Of a DNA stretch of 64,000 nt, positions 55,510 through 64,000 are shown piece after piece. The translations under genes were made by a program, and so were the position numbers. Source of the DNA: Eledone cirrhosa. Its lineage: Eukaryota. The DNA lies in assembly GCA_964016885.1 (NCBI GenBank), contig OZ024741.1, forward strand, positions 245,334,001 through 245,398,000, in the 5' to 3' direction. Position 1 is the first letter of the stretch; each line of letters opens with the position of its first letter. Under the pieces are notes generated by a model. The model did no database searches. It was not told the DNA's origin and saw only the letters and a program-made list of their open reading frames with translations.

Positions 55510-58500
55510 TAATGGATTTTTTTAATGGGTTTTTTTAATGGATTTTTTTTTAATGGATTTTTTTAATGGGTTTTTTTTAATGGATTTTTTTTAATGGATT
55601 TTTTAAATGGATTTTTTTAATGGATTTTTTTTAATGGGTTTTTTTAAATGGATTTTTTTTAATGGATTTTTAAATGAATTTTTTTAATGGATTTTTTAAT
55701 GGGTTTTTTAAATGGATTTTTTAATGGATTTTTAATGGATTTTTAATGGATTTTTAATGGATTTTTTAATGGATTTTTTTAAATGGATTTTTTTAATGGA
55801 TTTTTAATGCATTTTTTTTAATGGATTTTTTTAATGGATTTTTTTTTTAATGGATTTTTTTTTAATGGATTTTTTTTTAATGAATTTTTTTTAATGGGTT
55901 TTTTAAATGGATTTTTTAATGGATTTTTAATGGATTTTTAATGGGTTTTTAATGGATTTTTTAATGGATTTTTTTAAATGGATTTTTTTAATGGATTTTT
56001 AATGGATTTTTTTTAATGGATTTTTTTAATGGATTTTTTAATGGATTTTTTAATGGATTTTTTTTAATGGATTTTTTTAATGGATTTTTTAAATGGATTT
56101 TTTTAATGGATTTTTTTAATGGTTTTTTTTTTATGGATTTTTTTTAATGGATTTTTTAAATGGATTTTTTTAATGGATTTTTTTTAATGGGTTTTTTAAA
56201 TGGATTTTTTAATGGATTTTTAATGGATTTTTAATGGATTTTTAATGGGTTTTTAATGGATTTTTTTAAATGGATTTTTTTAATGGATTTTTAATGGATT
56301 TTTTTAAATTGATTTTTTTTAATGGATTTTTTTTTTAATGGATTTTTTTTTAATGGATTTTTTTTTAATGGATTTTTTTAATGGGTTTTTTAAATGGATT
56401 TTTTAATGGATTTTTAATGGATTTATAATGGGTTTTTTTAAATTGATTTTTTTAATGGGTTTTTTTAATGGCTTTTTTTAAATGGGTTTTTTTAATGGCT
56501 TTTTTAAATGGATTTTTTTAATGGATTTTTTAATGGATTTTTTTTAATGGGTTTTTTAAATGGATTTTTTAATGGATTTTTTTAAATGGATTTTTTTAAT
56601 GGATTTTTAATGGATTTTTTTAAATTGATTTTTTTTAATGGATTTTTTTTAATGGATTTTTTTTTTAATGGATTTTTTTAATGGGTTTTTTTAATGGCTT
56701 TTTTAAATGGATTTTTTTAATGGTTTTTTTTTAATGGGTTTTTTAAATGGATTTTTTAATGGATTTTTAATTGATTTTTAATGGATTTTTAATGGGTTTT
56801 TAATGGATTTTTGAAATGGATTTTTTAATGGATTTTTTTTAATGGGTTTTTTAAATGGATTTTTTTAATGGATTTTTAATGGATTTTTAATGGATTTTTA
56901 ATGGGTTTTTAATGGATTTTTTAAATGGATTTTTTTAATGGATTTTTAATGGATTTTTTTAATGGATTTTTTTTAATGGTTTCTTTTAATGGATTTTTTT
57001 TTAATGGATTTTTTTTAATGGGTTTTTTTTTAATGGATTTTTTTTAATGGATTTTTTTAATGGATTTTTTAATGGATTTTTAATGGATTTTTTTTTAATG
57101 GATTTTTTTAATGGATTTTTTAATGGATTTTTTTATGGATTTTTTTTAATGGATTTTTTTAATGGGTTTTTTTTAATGGATTTTTTTAATGGGTTTTTTT
57201 AATGGATTTTTTTTTAATGGATTTTTTTAATGGGTTTTTTTTAATGGATTTTTTTTAATGGATTTTTTAAATGGATTTTTTTAATGGATTTTTTTTAATG
57301 GGTTTTCTTAAATGGATTTTTTTTAATGGATTTTTAAATGAATTTTTTTAATGGATTTTTTAATGGGTTTTTTAAATGGATTTTTTAATGGATTTTTAAT
57401 GGATTTTTAATGGATTTTTAATGGATTTTTTAATGGATTTTTTTAAATGGATTTTTTTAATGGATTTTTAATGCATTTTTTTTAATGGATTTTTTTAATG
57501 GATTTTTTTTTTAATGGATTTTTTTTTAATGGATTTTTTTTTAATGAATTTTTTTTAATGGGTTTTTTAAATGGATTTTTTAATGGATTTTTAATGGATT
57601 TTTAATGGGTTTTTAATGGATTTTTTAATGGATTTTTTTAAATGGATTTTTTTAATGGATTTTTAATGGATTTTTTTTAATGGATTTTTTTAATGGATTT
57701 TTTAATGGATTTTTTAATGGATTTTTTTTAATGGATTTTTTTAATGGATTTTTTAAATGGATTTTTTTAATGGATTTTTTTAATGGTTTTTTTTTAATGG
57801 ATTTTTTTTAATGGATTTTTAAATGGATTTTTTTAATGGATTTTTTTTAATGGGTTTTTTAAATGGATTTTTTAATGGATTTTTAATGGATTTTTAATGG
57901 ATTTTTAATGGGTTTTTAATGGATTTTTTTAAATGGATTTTTTTAATGGATTTTTAATGGATTTTTTTAAATTGATTTTTTTTAATGGATTTTTTTTTTA
58001 ATGGATTTTTTTTTAATGGATTTTTTTTAATGGATTTTTTTAATGGGTTTTTTAAATGGATTTTTTAATGGATTTTTAATGGATTTATAATGGGTTTTTT
58101 TAAATTGATTTTTTTAATGGGTTTTTTTAATGGCTTTTTTTAAATGGGTTTTTTTAATGGCTTTTTTAAATGGATTTTTTTAATGGATTTTTTAATGGAT
58201 TTTTTTTAATGGGTTTTTTAAATGGATTTTTTAATGGATTTTTTTAAATGGATTTTTTTAATGGATTTTTAATGGATTTTTTTAAATTGATTTTTTTTAA
58301 TGGATTTTTTTTAATGGATTTTTTTTTTAATGGATTTTTTTAATGGGTTTTTTTAATGGCTTTTTTAAATGGATTTTTTTAATGGTTTTTTTTTAATGGG
58401 TTTTTTAAATGGATTTTTTAATGGATTTTTAATTGATTTTTAATGGATTTTTAATGGGTTTTTAATGGATTTTTGAAATGGATTTTTTAATGGATTTTTT

Positions 58501-58825
58501 TTAATGGGTTTTTTAAATGGATTTTTTTAATGGATTTTTAATGGATTTTTAATGGATTTTTAATGGGTTTTTAATGGATTTTTTAAATGGATTTTTTTAA
58601 TGGATTTTTAATGGATTTTTTTAATGGATTTTTTTTAATGGTTTCTTTTAATGGATTTTTTTTTAATGGATTTTTTTTAATGGGTTTTTTTTTAATGGAT
58701 TTTTTTTAATGGATTTTTTTAATGGATTTTTTAATGGATTTTTAATGGATTTTTTTTAATGGATTTTTTTAATGGATTTTTTAATGGATTTTTTTATGGA
58801 TTTTTTTTAATGGATTTTTTTTAAT
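55510..58825 (+). repeat. About 1,664 bp internal tandem duplication
   Basis: ATGCAT 55807/57471 (1664) and TTTGAAAT G56813/G58475 (1662). Confidence 0.88.
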
Positions 58826-61800
58826 GGATTTTTTAAATGGATTTTTTTAATGGATTTTTTGAATGGGTTTTTTTAATGGATTTCTTTTTAATGGATTTTT
58901 TAAATGGATTTTTTTAATGGATTTTTTTAATGGGTTTTTTAAATGGATTTTTTAATGTATTTTTAATGGATTTTTAATGGATTTTTAATGGGTTTTTAAT
59001 GGATTTTTTTTAATGGATTTTTTTAATGGATTTTTAATGGATTTTTTTAATGGATTTTTTTTAATGGGTTTTTTTTAATGGATTTTTTTTTAATGGATTT
59101 TTTTAATGGGTTTTTTAAATGGATTTTTTACTGGATTTTTAATGGATTTTTAATGGGTTTTTAATGGATTTTTTTAAATTGATTTTTTTAATGGGTTTTT
59201 TTTAATGGCTTTTTTTTAATGGGTTTATTTAATGGCTTTTTTAAATGGATTTTTTAAATGGATTTTTTTAATGGATTTTTTTTAATGGGTTTTTTAAATG
59301 GATTTTTTAATGGATTTTTTTAAATTGATTTTTTTTAATGGATTTTTTTTTTAATGGATTTTTTTAATGGTTTTTTTTAATGGCTTTTTTAAATGGATTT
59401 TTTTAATGGATTTTTTTAATGGATTTTTTTTAATGGGTTTTTTAAATGGATTTTTTAATGGATTTTTAATAAATTTTTAATGGATTTTTAATGGGTTTTT
59501 AATGGATTTTTTAAATGGATTTTTTTAATGGATTTTTTTTAATGGGTTTTTTAAATGGATTTTTTTAATGGATTTTTAATGGATTTTTAATGGATTTTTA
59601 ATGGTTTTTAATGGATTTTTTAAATGGATTTTTTTAATGGATTTTTTATGGATTTTTTAAATTGATTTTTTTTAATGGATTTTTTTAATGGATTTTTTTT
59701 AATGGATTTTTTTTTTTAATGGATTTTTTTTTAATGGGTTTTTTTAATGGCTTTTTTAAATGGATTTTTTTAATGGATTTCTTTAATGGATTTTTTTAAT
59801 GGATTTTTTTTTAATGGGTTTTTTTAATGGCTTTTTTAAATGGATTTTTTTAATGGATTTTTTTTAATGGGTTTTTTTTTAATGGATTTTTTTTAATGGA
59901 TTTTTTAAATGGATTTTTTTAATGAATTTTTTTTAATGGGTTTTTTTAAATGGATTTTTTTTAATGGATTTTTTAAATGAATTTTTTTAATGGATTTTTT
60001 TAATGGTTTTTTTTTTAATGGATTTTTTTTAATGGGTTTTTTAAATGGATTTTTTAATGGATTTTTAATGGATTTTTAATGGGTTTTTAATGGATTTTTT
60101 TAAATGGATTTTTTTAATGGATTTTTAATGGATTTTTTTAAATTGATTTTTTTAATGGGTTTTTTTTAATGGCTTTTTTTAATGGGTTTTTTTAATGGAT
60201 TTTTTTAATGGATTTTTTTAATGGATTTTTTTTAATGGGTTTTTTAAATGGATTTTTTAATGGATTTTTTTAAATGGATTTTTTTAATGGATTTTTAATG
60301 GATTTTTTTAAATTGATTTTTTTTAATGGATTTTTTTTTTAATGGATTTTTTTTTAATGGATTTTTTTTAATGGATTTTTTTAATGGGTTTTTTAAATGG
60401 ATTTTTTAATGGATTTTTAATGGATTTATAATGGGTTTTTTTAAATTGATTTTTTTAATGGGTTTTTTTAATGGCTTTTTTTAAATGGGTTTTTTTAATG
60501 GCTTTTTTAAATGGATTTTTTTAATGGATTTTTTAATGGATTTTTTTTAATGGGTTTTTTAAATGGATTTTTTAATGGATTTTTTTAAATGGATTTTTTT
60601 AATGGATTTTTAATGGATTTTTTTAAATTGATTTTTTTTAATTGATTTTTTTTAATGGATTTTTTTCTTAATGGATTTTTTTAATGGGTTTTTTTAATGG
60701 CTTTTTTAAATAGATTTTTTTAATGGTTTTTTTTTAATGGGTTTTTTAAATGGATTTTTTAATGGATTTTTAATTGATTTTTAATGGATTTTTAATGGGT
60801 TTTTAATGGATTTTTGAAATGGATTTTTTAATGGATTTTTTTTAATGGGTTTTTTAAATGGATTTTTTTAATGGATTTTTAATGGATTTTTAATGGATTT
60901 TTAATGGGTTTTTAATGGATTTTTTAAATGGATTTTTTTAATGGATTTTTAATGGATTTTTTTAATGGATTTTTTTTAATGGTTTCTTTTAATGGATTTT
61001 TTTTTAATGGATTTTTTTTAATGGGTTTTTTTTTAATGGATTTTTTTTAATGGATTTTTTTAATGGATTTTTTTAATGGATTTTTAATGGATTTTTTTTA
61101 ATGGATTTTTTTAATGGATTTTTTAATGGATTTTTTTATGGATTTTTTTTAATGGATTTTTTTTAATGGATTTTTTAAATGGATTTTTTTAATGGATTTT
61201 TTTAATGGGTTTTTTTAATGGATTTCTTTTTAATGGATTTTTTAAATGGATTTTTTTAATGGATTTTTTTAATGGGTTTTTTAAATGGATTTTTTAATGT
61301 ATTTTTAATGGATTTTTAATGGATTTTTAATGGGTTTTTAATGGATTTTTTTTAATGGATTTTTTTAATGGATTTTTTTAATGGATTTTTTTTAATGGGT
61401 TTTTTTAATGGCTTTTTTAAATGGATTTTTTTAATGGATTTTTTTTAATGGGTTTTTTTTTAATGGATTTTTTTTAATGGATTTTTTAAATGGATTTTTT
61501 TAATGAATTTTTTTTAATGGGTTTTTTTAAATGGATTTTTTTTAATGGATTTTTTAAATGAATTTTTTTAATGGATTTTTTTAATGGTTTTTTTAAATGG
61601 ATTTTTTAATGGATTTTTAATGGATTTTTAATGGGTTTTTAATGGATTTTTTAATGGATTTTTTTAAATGGATTTTTTTAATGGATTTTTAATGGATTTT
61701 TTTTAATGGATTTTTTTAATGGATTTTTTAATGGATTTTTTAATGGATTTTTTTTAATGGATTTTTTTAATGGATTTTTTAAATGGATTTTTTAATGGAT

Positions 61801-64000
61801 TTTTTTAATGGGTTTTTTTTAATGGATTTTTTTTTAATGGATTTTTTAAATGGATTTTTTTTAATGGGTTTTTTAAATGGATTTTTTAATGGATTTTTAA
61901 TGGATTTTTAATGGATTTTTAATGGGTTTTTAATGGATTTTTTTAAATGGATTTTTTTAATGGATTTTTAATGGATTTTTTTAAATTGATTTTTTTTAAT
62001 GGATTTTTTTTTTAATGGATTTTTTTTTAATGGATTTTTTTTTAATGGATTTTTTTAATGGGTTTTTTAAATGGATTTTTTAATGGATTTTTAATGGATT
62101 TTTAATGGGTTTTTTTAAATTGATTTTTTTAATGGGTTTTTTTTAATGGCTTTTTTTTAATGGGTTTTTTTAATGGCTTTTTTAAATGGATTTTTTTAAT
62201 GGATTTTTTAATGGATTTTTTTTAATGGGTTTTTTAAATGGATTTTTTAATGGATTTTTTTAAATGGATTTTTTTAATGGATTTTTAATGGATTTTTTTA
62301 AATTGATTTTTTTTAATGGATTTTTTTTAATGGATTTTTTTTTTAATGGATTTTTTTAATGGGTTTTTTTAATGGCTTTTTTAAATGGATTTTTTTAATG
62401 GTTTTTTTTTAATGGGTTTTTTAAATGGATTTTTTAATGGATTTTTAATTGATTTTTAATGGATTTTTAATGGGTTTTTAATGGATTTTTTTAAATGGAT
62501 TTTTTTAATGGATTTTTAATGGATTTTTTTAAATTGATTTTTTTAATGGATTTTTTTTTTAATGGATTTTTTTTAATGGATTTTTGTTTTAATGGATTTT
62601 TTTTAATGGGTTTTTTAAATGGATTTTTTAATGGATTTTTAATGGATTTTTAATGGGTTTTTAATGGATTTTTTTAAATGGATTTTTTTAATGGATTTTT
62701 AATGGCTTTTTTTAAATTGATTTTTTTAATGGGTTTTTTTAATGGCTTTTTTTAAATGGGTTTTTTTAATGGCTTTTTTAAATGGATTTTTTTAATGGAT
62801 TTTTTTAATGGATTTTTTTTAATGGGTTTTTTAAATGGATTTTTTAATGGATTTTTTTAAATGTTTTTTTTAATGGATTTTTAATGGATTTTTTTAAATT
62901 GATTTTTTTTAATGGATTTTTTTTAATGGATTTTTTTTTAATGGATTTTTTTAATGGCTTTTTTTAATGGCTTTTTTAAATGGATTTTTTTAATGGATTT
63001 TTTTATTGGATTTTTTTAATGGGTTTTTTAATGGATTTTTAATGGATTTTTTTAAATTGATTTTTTTTAATGTATTTTTTTTTTAATGGATTTTTTTTTA
63101 ATGGATTTTTTTTTAATGGATTTTTTTTAATGGGTTTTTTTAATGGGTTTTTTAAATGGATTTTTTAATGGATTTTTAATAGATTTTTAATGGATTTTTA
63201 ATGGGTTTTTAATGGATTTTTTAAATGGATTTTTTTTAATGGATTTTTTTTAATGGGTTTTTTAAATGGATTTTTTTAATGGATTTTTAATGGATTTTTA
63301 ATGGATTTTTAATGGTTTTTAATGGATTTTTTAAATGGATTTTTTTAATGGATTTTTTATGGATTTTTTAAATTGATTTTTTTAATGGATTTTTTTTAAT
63401 GGATTTTTTTTAATGGATTTTTTTTTTTAATGGATTTTTTTTAATGGGTTTTTTTAATGGCTTTTTTAAATGGATTTTTTTAATGGATTTCTTTAATGGA
63501 TTTTTTTAATGGATTTTTTTTAATGGGTTTTTTTAATGGCTTTTTTAAATGGATTTTTTTAATGGATTTTTTTTAATGGGTTTTTTTTAATGGATTTTTT
63601 TTAATGGATTTTTTAAATGGATTTTTTTAATGAATTTTTTTTAATGGGTTTTTTTAAATGGATTTTTTTTAATGGATTTTTTAAATGAATTTTTTTAATG
63701 GATTTTTTTAATGGGTTTTTTAAATGGATTTTTTAATGGATTTTTAATGGATTTTTAATGGGTTTTTAATGGATTTTTTAATGGATTTTTTTAAATGGAT
63801 TTTTTTAATGGATTTTTAATGGATTTTTTTTAATGGATTTTTTTAATGGATTTTTTAATGGATTTTTTAATGGATTTTTTTTAATGGATTTTTTTAATGG
63901 ATTTTTTAAATGGATTTTTTAATGGATTTTTTTAATGGGTTTTTTTTAATGGATTTTTTTTTAATGGATTTTTTAAATGGATTTTTTTAATGGATTTTTT

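Larger units (their letters stand above)
1..64000 (+). repeat. Tandem satellite array, monomer AATGGA(T)5-9 (reverse complement (A)5-9TCCATT), single orientation, runs off both ends
   Basis: Every line consists of AATGGA plus a T tract. Common variants are AATGGG, AAATGGA, AAATTGA, AATGGC, AATGAA, AATGTA, AATGGT and TATGGA. No unique sequence and no inverted monomer (TCCATT on +) was seen. Confidence 0.99.
39880..64000 (+). repeat. About 7.5 kb higher-order repeat (subfamily A), three tandem copies starting near 39.9, 50.9 and 60.0 kb (last truncated)
   Basis: TTCTTAATGG C40531/51543/60667 (offsets 11,012 and 9,124), AATAAA 50344/59468, TTTTTGTTTT G45955/53414/62586, ORFs 46047/53506 (7459). 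The copy lengths equal about 7.5 kb plus internal duplications of 3,492 and 1,664 bp. Confidence 0.88.

Noticed and set aside
1-64000. CRISPR array or other repeat-spacer system
   Set aside because: The 'spacers' are only poly-T of variable length. There are no unique spacers, leader or cas genes.
1-64000. Canonical telomerase-made telomere or G-quadruplex array
   Set aside because: Most units have only GG with 9-14 nt loops and GGG is sporadic. Kb-scale inherited variant patterns are not expected from template-directed addition.
1-64000. Identity with human HSat2/3
   Set aside because: It shares only the AATGG pentamer. HSat2/3 lacks poly-T spacers and has a 5 bp period.
1-64000. T-tract variation as pure long-read homopolymer error
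   Set aside because: Tract lengths and exact offsets are reproduced between distant copies. Some single-T differences may still be errors.
1-64000. Intrinsic terminators, Pol III terminators, or piggyBac insertions at TTAA sites
   Set aside because: No GC hairpins or transcription units precede the T runs, and no inserted element or terminal inverted repeats are present.

Overview
The whole 64 kb window is one uninterrupted, head-to-tail satellite array. Its monomer is AATGGA(T)n, with n mostly 5-9 and up to 14, giving units of mostly 11-16 bp and roughly 5,000 copies (estimated from a mean unit of about 13 bp). All copies lie in one orientation: the + strand is very T-rich and almost free of C. 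I see no genes, RNA genes, transposons, CRISPR arrays or unique sequence, and the four 60-aa ORFs are repeat read-throughs. Rare monomer variants and T-tract lengths reveal a nested higher-order repeat (HOR) structure. There is a roughly 130 bp recurring module, plus 80 bp and 272 bp local duplications. Tandem periods of about 1.66, 3.46, 3.49, 5.0, 5.2 and 7.5 kb occur, along with long-range copies offset by about 14.9, 32.1-32.5 and 43 kb. Two variant subfamilies (A and B) occupy distinct domains with a mosaic zone between them. Offsets were counted by hand from marker positions, and block boundaries are approximate. The organism and chromosomal position cannot be determined, although the architecture is typical of eukaryotic heterochromatic satellite. 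I found no protein-coding system. The functional ideas below are hypotheses.
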